From an uncultured Muribaculaceae bacterium (GTDB taxonomy: Bacteria > Bacteroidota > Bacteroidia > Bacteroidales > Muribaculaceae): DNA of 64,000 nt. The position numbers and the translations under genes are program-made. Location of the stretch: assembly GCA_947090195.1 (NCBI GenBank), contig CAMUND010000001.1, positions 12,236-76,235 of the forward strand, read 5' to 3'. Below are positions 47,178-56,500 of this stretch, one piece after another. Positions within the stretch are counted from its first letter, which is position 1. Each line of letters opens with the position of its first letter. Under the pieces are notes generated by a model, which searched no databases, was not told where the DNA came from, and saw only the letters and a program-made list of their open reading frames with translations.

Positions 47178-49024
47178 TGAAGAATACTGTTCTCGCTGTT
47201 TTCTTGTCGGCGGCAGTGTGTGCCGGGGCATCGACGCGTGACGATTCTTATAGGATTATACCGGGTAATCCGGCTAAGGTGGAAGCCGCTACCCCTATGG
47301 GGAAAATGTATGGCGACTTCCATCTTAATCGCTTAAAAGCCATGGGAATCACGCCGGCTGACACCATTGTGGAGTCGCCTGAATTTGAGTTGCGTATCCT
47401 AAACCACTGGGATAACCTTGACGGAACTATCGAGAGGGGATATGCCGGTCGCAGTATATGGGATTGGGAATCTCTTCCTGATTCTGTTTCTCCGCGTTAC
47501 GAGGACTATGCCCGCATCTGCGCTTCGGTGGGAATCAACGGCGCTGTGCTTAATAATGTCAATGCGTCGTCTAAGATTCTGTCCCATGATTATCTGGTTA
47601 AGGTCGCCAAGATAGCCGATGTGCTGCGCCCCTACGGGATAAAAGTGTATCTTTCCGCTAATTTTGCGGCTCCCATGCAGCTTGACAGCCTTCCCACTGC
47701 CGATCCTCTCGATAAAAAGGTGGCTAAGTGGTGGAAGAAGAAAGCTGATGAAATATACAAGCTTATACCTGACTTCGGTGGATTCCTTGTAAAGGCAAAT
47801 TCCGAAGGACAGCCCGGACCGTGTGACTTTAACCGCACTCATGCTGAGGGTGCCAACATGATGGCTAAGGCTTTGAAGCCTCACGGAGGCATAGTGATGT
47901 GGAGAGCATTCGTGTATTCGGCTAATGACGCTGACCGCGCCAAGCAAGCTTACATGGAATTCAAGCCGCTCGACGGAAAGTTTGCCGACAATGTTATCGT
48001 CCAGATAAAGAACGGTCCCATCGACTTTCAGCCCCGCGAACCTTACAGTCCGCTGTTCCATGGCATGGAGAAGACCAAGGTGATGCCTGAGTTCCAGATT
48101 ACACAGGAATATTTGGGACACAGTAACCATCTTGCCTATCTTGCGCCCATGTGGACGGAATTTTTCGATTATGTGTCGCCTGACGGCATGAAGGCTATAG
48201 CCGGTGTGGCTAATGTGGGCGATTCGCCTAATTTCACTGCTCATCCCTTTGCGTTTGCCAACTGGTACGCTTTCGGTCGTCTTGCCTGGGATCCGACACT
48301 TTCGCCGGAACAGATAGCCCGTGAGTGGGTGGCTCTAAACCTTGACGTAAAATCGCCCGAGGCGGTGGACCGCATTGTGAAGATGATGCTTGATTCCCGA
48401 GAAGCTGTCGTGGACTACATGATGCCTATGGGACTTCATCACATCTTTGCGTGGGGACACCATTACGGTCCTGAACCGTGGTGCGATGTGCCGGGCGCAC
48501 GTCCTGACTGGATGCCGTCCTACTATCACCGTGCTGACTCCACCGGAATAGGTTTTGACCGTACTTCCAAGGGAAGCAACGCAGTAGGGCAATATCCCGC
48601 CGAGTTTGCGGCTTTGCTTGACAATCCTGCCACATGCCCCGAGAAGTTCCTGCTTTGGTTTCATCACCTCCCGTGGGACTATAAACTGCCGTCAGGTATG
48701 ACTGTGTGGGAAGCTTTGTGCCGCCACTATGAGGATGGTTGTGACCGTGCTGTGGACTTTTTGCGCACGTGGGTGCAGTGTGAACCCGATATTGCCGACA
48801 AAGCGTTGTGGAATGACGTGCATCAACGTCTCCTCACTCAGGCTAAAGATGCGCAGTGGTGGAAGGATGCATGTCTGCAGTACTTCGCGCAGTTCCACAA
48901 TCTTCCTTATCCGGAATTTGTGACACCTGCCTTCACTTCGCTTGAAGAGCTTGAAAAAGTGCAGTTAGGCATTGACAATTACACTTGTCCGTCAGCTGAA
49001 CTCCTTGACTCGAAACGTCGCTAA
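47177..49024 (+). CDS. aguA: GH67 alpha-glucuronidase
   Basis: ILNHWDNLDGTIERGYAG, FLVKANSEGQPGP, MWRAFVY, IKNGPIDFQPREP, EFQITQEYLG, LLWFHHLPW. Confidence 0.93.
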   Translation: MKNTVLAVFLSAAVCAGASTRDDSYRIIPGNPAKVEAATPMGKMYGDFHLNRLKAMGITPADTIVESPEFELRILNHWDNLDGTIERGYAGRSIWDWESLPDSVSPRYEDYARICASVGINGAVLNNVNASSKILSHDYLVKVAKIADVLRPYGIKVYLSANFAAPMQLDSLPTADPLDKKVAKWWKKKADEIYKLIPDFGGFLVKANSEGQPGPCDFNRTHAEGANMMAKALKPHGGIVMWRAFVYSANDADRAKQAYMEFKPLDGKFADNVIVQIKNGPIDFQPREPYSPLFHGMEKTKVMPEFQITQEYLGHSNHLAYLAPMWTEFFDYVSPDGMKAIAGVANVGDSPNFTAHPFAFANWYAFGRLAWDPTLSPEQIAREWVALNLDVKSPEAVDRIVKMMLDSREAVVDYMMPMGLHHIFAWGHHYGPEPWCDVPGARPDWMPSYYHRADSTGIGFDRTSKGSNAVGQYPAEFAALLDNPATCPEKFLLWFHHLPWDYKLPSGMTVWEALCRHYEDGCDRAVDFLRTWVQCEPDIADKALWNDVHQRLLTQAKDAQWWKDACLQYFAQFHNLPYPEFVTPAFTSLEELEKVQLGIDNYTCPSAELLDSKRR

Positions 49025-49070
49025 AGATACTCTTTAAAGACTCATTTTTTACAAATAGGCAATAAATAGC

Positions 49071-49103
49071 GGAGGTGCACCAAAATCATTTTGGTGCACC
49101 TCC
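49071..49103. terminator. Terminator between convergent genes
   Basis: 15-bp perfect stem GGAGGTGCACCAAAA-TCA-TTTTGGTGCACCTCC. Confidence 0.8.
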
Positions 49104-49138
49104 TTAATTATGAGAAAATAATTCACTAATTATGAATG

Positions 49139-50635
49139 TCATGCATGTTTTGACCAGTCGGTTTTGCGCATGTCGCCTTCCGCAAGGAATGTAGTGTGGA
49201 ATGCGAGAGCGTCGCAGAGCGAGTGGGGAGTTTGACCGCCTGCCTGTGAAAGTTTCAGGTAGTCTTGTAGAAGCTCCTTGTAGTCAGGATGCACACAGTT
49301 CTCGATGATAGTGTGGGCACGCTGTACAGGATCTTTTCCGCGGAGGTCGGCTATGCCTTGGTCGGTTATAAGCACATCCACTGAGTGTTCGCTGTGGTCG
49401 AGGTGTGATACCATAGGCACGATTGTTGAAATCAAGCCGTTCTTTGCCACTGACGGACAGCTGAAGATGGATATGTAGGCATTACGGGTGAAGTCGCCTG
49501 AGCCGCCTATACCATTCATCATCTTTGTGCCTACAACGTGGGTAGAGTTGATGTTGCCGAATATGTCAGCTTCGAGCGCGGTGTTCATTGATATTACACC
49601 GAGTCGGCGCACAACTTCGGGGCTGTTGGATATTTCGCCCGGACGCATGAGGATTTTGTCACGGAAGAAGTCGATGTTGCTGAACACCTCGTCCATTTTT
49701 GCGTCGGAGAATGTCATTGAACAGGTTGACGCGAAACGGCATTTGCCATGTTCCATAAGGTCGACTACCGCATCCTGTATTACTTCGGTGTACATGTCGA
49801 ACTGCGGAACTTCTTTCGCTTCGCCAAGTCCGAAGAGCACTGCGTTGGCGATATTGCCTACACCGCTCTGCAAGGGAAGGAATGACGCGGGGATGCCTCC
49901 TGTGCGGAGTTCGTGGATAAGGAAGTTGCACACATTGGCACCAATCTGCTTTGTGGTCTCGTCGAGGGGTGAGAATCCGTGTACACCGTCCTTGACGTTG
50001 GTCTTCACGACACCTACTATGCGGGCGGGGTCAACCTTAAGTTTGGTGACACCTATGCGGTCGCATGCCTTATATATAGGTATCTCGCGACGGTTGGGGG
50101 GATCGAGCGGCAGGTAAAGGTCATGAAGGCCTTCCACGGTAGTGGGAATGGCTTCATTAAGCTCGATGATTATTTTCTTTGCCATTTTAGCCAGTGTAGG
50201 TGCGATTCCAACACCGGTTCCTAACAGGATTTCGCCATTATCATCCACATTAGCGGCTTCTATGATTGCCACGTCTATGCCGCCGAAGAAACCGTAACGC
50301 AGTTTTTGGGCAAGCTCCGAAAGGTGTAGGTCGAAGTAATGTGCGTCGTGGGCATTAAGGCGCTTTCTCAAGTCCGGGCTACTCTGATAGGGTGAACGGC
50401 GGTTGATGGCGTTGGCACGGCTAAGTGCTCCGTCCACATGGTCATTGGTAGACGCTCCTGAGAAGATGTTTACCTTGAATGGACGACCTTCGGAATGCTC
50501 TCTTTCGGCTTTGATAGCCAATGCCTCGGTTACTACCTTCGGTGTACCGGCTGCAGTGAATCCGGAAAGTCCAATATTGTCATCATGGCTGATGATGTCG
50601 GCTGCCTCTTGTGCAGTTAAGATAGGGAAAGACAT
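49139..50635 (-). CDS. Succinate/acetate CoA-transferase (acetyl-CoA hydrolase family)
   Basis: SGFTAAGTPK, GASTND, PLQSGVGNIAN, YTEVIQD, NGIGGSGDF, HLDHSEH, TDQGIADLRG. Confidence 0.92.
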   Translation of the reverse strand: MSFPILTAQEAADIISHDDNIGLSGFTAAGTPKVVTEALAIKAEREHSEGRPFKVNIFSGASTNDHVDGALSRANAINRRSPYQSSPDLRKRLNAHDAHYFDLHLSELAQKLRYGFFGGIDVAIIEAANVDDNGEILLGTGVGIAPTLAKMAKKIIIELNEAIPTTVEGLHDLYLPLDPPNRREIPIYKACDRIGVTKLKVDPARIVGVVKTNVKDGVHGFSPLDETTKQIGANVCNFLIHELRTGGIPASFLPLQSGVGNIANAVLFGLGEAKEVPQFDMYTEVIQDAVVDLMEHGKCRFASTCSMTFSDAKMDEVFSNIDFFRDKILMRPGEISNSPEVVRRLGVISMNTALEADIFGNINSTHVVGTKMMNGIGGSGDFTRNAYISIFSCPSVAKNGLISTIVPMVSHLDHSEHSVDVLITDQGIADLRGKDPVQRAHTIIENCVHPDYKELLQDYLKLSQAGGQTPHSLCDALAFHTTFLAEGDMRKTDWSKHA

Positions 50636-50739
50636 GTTGATAATGATTTATTTTTGTAATTTTGCACAAAAATAATTAAAACTCAGCTACTATCAAAATA
50701 TTTTTGGTGTTGTAACGTAGCTCTATTAGATTTTGTGTT

Positions 50740-52101
50740 ATGAACGAAGACAAATATACGAATGAAAATACCCTCGACCGAAAGTTGTTTATCGAAACTT
50801 ACGGTTGCCAGATGAATGTCGCCGACAGTGAAGTCATTGCCGCCGTTCTTGCCACCGCCGGCTATAAAGTCATAGATAACATGGAGGATGCCGATGCCAT
50901 ATTGCTCAACACTTGCTCCATCCGTGACAACGCCGAACAGAAGATTCTGAGCCGGCTTCAGTTTTATAATTCCCTGAAACGCAAGAAAGGCCGCAAGAAT
51001 CTCATTGTGGGTGTGGTGGGATGTATGGCTGAGCGTGTCAAGGACACTCTTATAAAGGATTACGGAGTGGATCTTGTGGCTGGTCCCGACTCCTATCTTG
51101 ACTTGCCGCAGATGTTTGCGTCGGTGGAGATGGGCGAGAAGGCTATAAACGTGGAGTTGTCGCGCACCGAGACTTATCGTGACATAATTCCGTTGAAGAT
51201 AACAGGCAACATCGTGTCGGGTTTCGTGAGCATCATGCGCGGATGCAACAACTTCTGCTCTTACTGTATCGTGCCTTACACCCGCGGTCGTGAGCGCAGC
51301 CGTGAAGCGCAGAGCATACTTAACGAAGTGTGTGACCTCCGTGACCGTGGCTATAAAGAAGTGACTTTGCTGGGACAGAACGTGAACTCTTATAACTATG
51401 TGGACGAAGATGGCAATTCAGTCACTTTCCCGCAGCTGCTTGCTATGGTGGCTGAGGAGGTTCCGGGGATGAGAGTGAGGTTCACCACGAGCCATCCCAA
51501 GGATATGTCCGATGACATTATTAAAGTTATCGCCTCTTATCCTAATGTGTGCAAGCACATACATCTGCCTGTGCAGTCGGGATCCAACTCGGTGCTGAAA
51601 GCAATGAACCGCAAATACACCCGTGAGTGGTATCTTGACCGCATAGCCGCTATACGCAGGGTTATTCCTGACTGTGGAATATCAAGCGACCTGTTCACCG
51701 GATTCCATGGCGAAACGGAGGAGGATTTCCTTGAAACTTTGTCGTTGATGAGGGAGGCGAAGCTTGATGCGTCGTTCATGTTCAAGTACTCCGAACGTCC
51801 CGGTACGCTTGCCGCAAAGACCATGCCCGACAATGTGCCGGAAGATGTGAAAATCGACCGCCTTAACCGCATGATAGAGTTGCAAAACGAACTGTCGGCT
51901 GAATCCAACCGCCGGGATATCGGGAAAACATTTGAAGTGCTTGTGGAAGGTGTGTCCAAACGCTCCAAGGAACAGATGGTGGGACGTACCCAGCAGAATA
52001 AGACATGTGTCTTTCCGCGTGGGGATTTCCGTATAGGCGACTTTGTCAATGTAAAGGTGGTGGATTCTTCTTCAGCCACTCTTATATGTGAGCTTGCTTA
52101 G
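50740..52101 (+). CDS. miaB: tRNA-2-methylthio-N6-dimethylallyladenosine synthase
   Basis: ETYGCQMN, NTCSIR, GCNNFCSYC radical-SAM motif, TSHPKD, C-terminal TRAM domain. Confidence 0.95.
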   Translation: MNEDKYTNENTLDRKLFIETYGCQMNVADSEVIAAVLATAGYKVIDNMEDADAILLNTCSIRDNAEQKILSRLQFYNSLKRKKGRKNLIVGVVGCMAERVKDTLIKDYGVDLVAGPDSYLDLPQMFASVEMGEKAINVELSRTETYRDIIPLKITGNIVSGFVSIMRGCNNFCSYCIVPYTRGRERSREAQSILNEVCDLRDRGYKEVTLLGQNVNSYNYVDEDGNSVTFPQLLAMVAEEVPGMRVRFTTSHPKDMSDDIIKVIASYPNVCKHIHLPVQSGSNSVLKAMNRKYTREWYLDRIAAIRRVIPDCGISSDLFTGFHGETEEDFLETLSLMREAKLDASFMFKYSERPGTLAAKTMPDNVPEDVKIDRLNRMIELQNELSAESNRRDIGKTFEVLVEGVSKRSKEQMVGRTQQNKTCVFPRGDFRIGDFVNVKVVDSSSATLICELA

Positions 52102-52108
52102 AAACGGT

Positions 52109-52786
52109 TTAAAGATTAAGCATTTCCATTAACCCCGCACGTGAAGTCACATTGATTTCGGTGGGATTATAGTCGATAAGCCCTTTCTCTTTCATGCCTT
52201 CGAGTGTGGCGATGAATGAACTTCTCTGCACCCCGAAGAGTGAATATAAGTCACGTTGCTTGCATGTGAGGGTAATATCGGTGGCTCCTGACTGCGTGAG
52301 GGCTATGATCCAGAACGCTATACGTTGGTCAAGGCTTCCTGATGTCACGGCAAGAATGCCGTCAACGCCTTTCTGCGCTTCGGTGGACACGGTGTTGAGG
52401 TAATTATAAAGGAATACTGCGCCGCTGTTGAGTATTCTCACGTAATCTTGTTTTGCTATCTGGAGTATGCCGGTGGTTTCAAGCGCAAATCCCGATGCCG
52501 GGTAGTAAGGGTCCTTCCCGAATAAGAATTCCGGGGCTATAACGTTGGGGGCTTCAAGAGTCTGTGACACTTTTACCCGTTCATTATAGTTGGATACGGT
52601 GAATCTTGCGGCACCCGATATTATAAATTTTATATGGGTACACGGTTCACCGGCGTTAAGTACTGTTTCGCCTGTAAGATATTTCAGAAAATGAAACTTA
52701 GTCTTGGAGATAAGTTCTCCAAGTTGTTTCTCGTCTATCCCCCTGAAAAGGGGCAATTCTTTTAATATGTCGTACATCCCATTCAT
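52109..52786 (-). CDS. Crp/Fnr-family transcriptional regulator
   Basis: LPLFRGI, cNMP-binding IAPEFLFG, C-terminal HTH KQRDLYSLFGVQRSS. Confidence 0.85.
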   Translation of the reverse strand: MNGMYDILKELPLFRGIDEKQLGELISKTKFHFLKYLTGETVLNAGEPCTHIKFIISGAARFTVSNYNERVKVSQTLEAPNVIAPEFLFGKDPYYPASGFALETTGILQIAKQDYVRILNSGAVFLYNYLNTVSTEAQKGVDGILAVTSGSLDQRIAFWIIALTQSGATDITLTCKQRDLYSLFGVQRSSFIATLEGMKEKGLIDYNPTEINVTSRAGLMEMLNL

Positions 52787-52952
52787 CCTGCACTCGATTT
52801 TATAACTGTGTCTAATACTATTAACATAAGTTAAGTAAAATAGTTTGACCCGAACTGCGGTAATACTCTGTTTTTAGTATAAAATTTGTGAATAACTGAT
52901 TATTGTCAGTATATTTGCGGTGAATTTAATGTATGTCATTTGTTTCATGTCT

Positions 52953-54686
52953 ATGAACAATCTAAGAATATTGGTCACGCTGTGTGTGGTTTTTATTTCG
53001 ATGGCGCGTTTTGGTGCGGTTGCTGACCACCGGGTTGATTCCATAAGGAGTGCGCTGCCGACGCTGAATGGCGATGAACGGCTGGATGCTCTCAGCAATC
53101 TTGCCCACATGGCACATGCCGGCGATGACATGGAGTATGAAATAAGGTGTATACATGATTATCTTGACGAAGCCCGTAGGCAAAACGCCATAGATGCCGA
53201 GGGGGATGCCTCCGTTGCTCTGCTATATTGTTTCGACAATTACGAGCAGCCTGACAGCATAAAGCATTATCTTCCCTTGATTCTTCAGCGGATGAAGGAC
53301 AACGGAAGCCCTGACTACTATTATAATTGCTGGGATGCATCGATACAGCATGACATTTTCCATAACAAACCGGAATCGGCACTCCGTGAAGCGCACAAGA
53401 TGTACGATGATGCCCGTGAGGCTGGCTCAAACTATGGACTGGGCGTGGCGGCGTTCGACATAGGGATGATATCACAGAGCATGGGGCGTTCGGAGGAAGC
53501 AGTGAAGTCATTTGAGGAAAGCATAAGCAGGCTGTCAAGTGAAGGTGACATAACGGTGTTTTTGTCGGCTTACAATCATCTCACTTCAAGCCTTGACGCG
53601 CTGGGACGTTACGATGAAATGCGCAAGAAGGCGCAGGACTGGAAAAAAGTGATTGATGACTATCTGGAGAAGGCTTATGCGCAGGGATATATACCGGAAT
53701 TTGGTGGTCGGCGTATGTACAACACCCTTGCTTTCTGTCTTGCTGAAATGGGAAGCGGCAATCTGGAAAAGGCCGGTGAATACTTGCGGAAGGCACAGAA
53801 GTATGCCGCAGGTCGTTCGGCATCGACTCAATACCGTCTTATGCAAGTGGAAAGCCGCTACTATGACGCTGCCGGAATGTATGACAAGGCTATTGACACT
53901 GACCATAGAAACCTTGAACTGATAGAGAGCGTGGGTGATTCGGTAAGTGCGGCTACAGTGAGAACTCACTTGGCAGAGGTGCTTTTCAAGGCAGGACGTT
54001 TTAAAGAAGCGGCTGAGACGATGCGTGAGCTTTCGGAGATGAAAGATAAAATCAGGAATGAGGAGCTTGCCTATAGGCTCGACGAGCTGCGCACTATCTA
54101 TGAGGTCGACTCTCTCACCGTAAAAGCTGATGCCGCTCATGCCAAGTTGTTTTATTCCATCGTGATTCTGGCGTTGCTTTTACTTGCCTTGGCTATCCTG
54201 CTTGTGTACCAGCATAGCCTGAGAAAGAAGAACCGTGTGCTATATAATGCCATACAGAAAATCAATCGCGCCGAATACAAGTCGAAAGAAACCGCTCCTT
54301 CGACGGATGAGCCTTCTCCGGCTTCCGCTGACAGAGATGAGGAGATATATCAAAAGGTATGCTTGCTTATGACTAACGATCAAGTGTACAAAGACCCTTC
54401 TCTTAACCGGGAAGCTCTGTCCAACGCGATCGGCTCCAACACCCTCTATCTGTCCAATGCTATAAAGCAGCACACCGGTTTAACGATAAATGATTTTATA
54501 AATGACTATCGTCTTCGCCATGCTGCGGTGCTCCTGGCTGCTAATCCGTCGATGACTATCGGGGAGGTGGAAACGCGGTCGGGATTCAATTCACGCAACA
54601 CATTCACTCGTTTGTTTAGAGGAAAATACGGAATGTCGCCGTCAGAATACAAGCGGCTGTCACGTGAACAAGACGCTAACCGCTAA
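52953..54686 (+). CDS. Membrane-anchored TPR-AraC transcriptional regulator
   Basis: Signal peptide, helical TPR periplasmic region, TM (SIVILALLLLALAILLVY), C-terminal AraC HTH (INDYRLRHAA...SGFNSRNTFTRLFRGKYGMSPSEY). Confidence 0.85.
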   Translation: MNNLRILVTLCVVFISMARFGAVADHRVDSIRSALPTLNGDERLDALSNLAHMAHAGDDMEYEIRCIHDYLDEARRQNAIDAEGDASVALLYCFDNYEQPDSIKHYLPLILQRMKDNGSPDYYYNCWDASIQHDIFHNKPESALREAHKMYDDAREAGSNYGLGVAAFDIGMISQSMGRSEEAVKSFEESISRLSSEGDITVFLSAYNHLTSSLDALGRYDEMRKKAQDWKKVIDDYLEKAYAQGYIPEFGGRRMYNTLAFCLAEMGSGNLEKAGEYLRKAQKYAAGRSASTQYRLMQVESRYYDAAGMYDKAIDTDHRNLELIESVGDSVSAATVRTHLAEVLFKAGRFKEAAETMRELSEMKDKIRNEELAYRLDELRTIYEVDSLTVKADAAHAKLFYSIVILALLLLALAILLVYQHSLRKKNRVLYNAIQKINRAEYKSKETAPSTDEPSPASADRDEEIYQKVCLLMTNDQVYKDPSLNREALSNAIGSNTLYLSNAIKQHTGLTINDFINDYRLRHAAVLLAANPSMTIGEVETRSGFNSRNTFTRLFRGKYGMSPSEYKRLSREQDANR

Positions 54687-54747
54687 CAGTTTACGTTTTT
54701 GACATGCTTTTTTCCGGATTTGGGACATGGAGTGCCGTTATGTAGGG

Positions 54748-54755
54748 TATCTTTG
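54748..54755 (+). promoter_or_regulatory. Bacteroidetes -7 box for the PI-PLC genes
   Basis: TATCTTTG 43 bp upstream of ATG 54798. Confidence 0.6.
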
Positions 54756-54797
54756 TGCAATTACAAAAAAATCTTAATAACCAATCGTTTTATAAAC

Positions 54798-56450
54798 ATG
54801 AAACAATTTAAACTTTTCATAGCACTTTCCATGGTGTGTGTGCTATTTTCATTTTCCGCATGCTCTGATAGTGATTCCGATGAACCCTCTCTTCCGGTAC
54901 TGGGGGGATCACAGGAAAATGATTCCATCCGTAGCGTGACAAGTCGCAACAAGCCCAAGAGCGGTCAGACACATCGGTCAAGCGACAACTTCTCTACAAA
55001 GAATATGGTATCGGCAACTCATATACTTTGGTCATGTCCCGAAGGAGTATCTTTTAAGGTGCAGATTGACAAAAAGGGAACAGATGGTACATATGCAGAC
55101 CGCCTGCAGAACGGGTCGATTACCGAAATAGGGTCAGCGAAAGATACCGACAGACTATATATTTCCGATCCCAAGGGCTCAAGTGAGGAATATTTCACAA
55201 TTTCCTACACTATGATTAATAAAGACGAGAAAAACACTTATGTTTCGAGTGCCGCCGACAAGATGCCAGGACAGGACCATCGGGCGAGCGCAAACTTCGC
55301 GCTTCGTCATGGTGTGTACAAAGTGGAATGTCCGTCAGCCGCCAAGTTTGAGATATGGGAAGACGTTAGTGGAGGGTCTGACCATCATCTTCTCTCTGAG
55401 GTGAAAAACGGGACATATCTCAATGGGTCCACTGCCGATAAATTGTATATTGCTAATTCGCAAGGAATGGATCAATCGTATGGAATCACCTTTAAACGGG
55501 TCGTGACACCCTGGATGAATACTCTGTCGAACAATGTTCCGCTCTATAGCCTCACTATTCCGGGTACTCACGATGCGGCAACCGGCACAGTGGGTGAAGG
55601 GATATCCAAATGTCAGAATTTCGAAATTCCCGTTCAACTTGAAGCGGGCATCAGAATGTTTGACATTCGTGTGAATGAGAGTATGCACCTTTGTCATAAT
55701 ACCACTGATTGCCACACTACTTTCAAGGAGTGCATCAAATATTTCACCGACTTCCTCGATGAGTTCTCCTCCGAAACCATCATCATGCTTCTGTCTCCAC
55801 ATGGCGACAACGCCCCGGAGAAAGTAACTAATTTTTTCAAAGATGAGATTGATCCCAGCTATTTCCTTATGAAAAGTACGGTTCCAACTATTGGAGAAGC
55901 AAGAGGAAAAATCGTGGTGATGCGACGGTTTGACTGGACGTCAACCAACTCCAATATCGGTGAAGGTGGTATAGACCTCACTGATTGGCCAAGTGACGGA
56001 GTCGGCGAATACACGGTAAAAGGTAACCACTATATGATAGAAGACCGCTATTATAGCTCTTCAGAAGCCATACATGACACCAAAGAGAAAGAGCGACTGA
56101 TGAAAGATATGTTTGATAAGGCAAATAGCGATGACAGCAAATATAAGGATTGCCTGTTCATAACCTATGCCAGTGTCGCCGGTCGTGGCACTCACACACC
56201 TTGGGATTATGCATGGGGAGGAGGTCCTATTCTTGAGGTTGATCCTGAGATGTCCACCGCAGTGCACGACTATCTGAGTGGAATCATCGACGGCAGCCGC
56301 CATCACAAAGCGCATGTCAAATTGGGTATTGTGATGCTGGATTTCTATAATAAGCATGGTCATGACGATCCCTACCATAACGTAGAGAATCTCATCAACC
56401 TCAACTGTATAGAGGACGCCTACATCATGCCCTATCCGAAAACCAACTAA
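54798..56450 (+). CDS. PI-PLC X-domain surface lipoprotein 1 with two N-terminal unnamed repeats
   Basis: Lipobox FSAC plus acidic SDSDSDE; TIPGTHDA, QLEAGIRMFDIRV, LCHNTT, ARGKIVVMRR, GIVMLDF. Confidence 0.85.
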   Translation: MKQFKLFIALSMVCVLFSFSACSDSDSDEPSLPVLGGSQENDSIRSVTSRNKPKSGQTHRSSDNFSTKNMVSATHILWSCPEGVSFKVQIDKKGTDGTYADRLQNGSITEIGSAKDTDRLYISDPKGSSEEYFTISYTMINKDEKNTYVSSAADKMPGQDHRASANFALRHGVYKVECPSAAKFEIWEDVSGGSDHHLLSEVKNGTYLNGSTADKLYIANSQGMDQSYGITFKRVVTPWMNTLSNNVPLYSLTIPGTHDAATGTVGEGISKCQNFEIPVQLEAGIRMFDIRVNESMHLCHNTTDCHTTFKECIKYFTDFLDEFSSETIIMLLSPHGDNAPEKVTNFFKDEIDPSYFLMKSTVPTIGEARGKIVVMRRFDWTSTNSNIGEGGIDLTDWPSDGVGEYTVKGNHYMIEDRYYSSSEAIHDTKEKERLMKDMFDKANSDDSKYKDCLFITYASVAGRGTHTPWDYAWGGGPILEVDPEMSTAVHDYLSGIIDGSRHHKAHVKLGIVMLDFYNKHGHDDPYHNVENLINLNCIEDAYIMPYPKTN

Positions 56451-56500
56451 AGAAATGCATATTAACTAACTTTGAGCCTGAACTATAAACAAAAACAGAA

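Noticed and set aside
850-52101. Clustering of tRNA/rRNA modification genes (THUMP methylase, que genes, truB, miaB) as one system
   Set aside because: They lie in separate, ordinary operons spread over 50 kb, with no shared regulatory motif seen.
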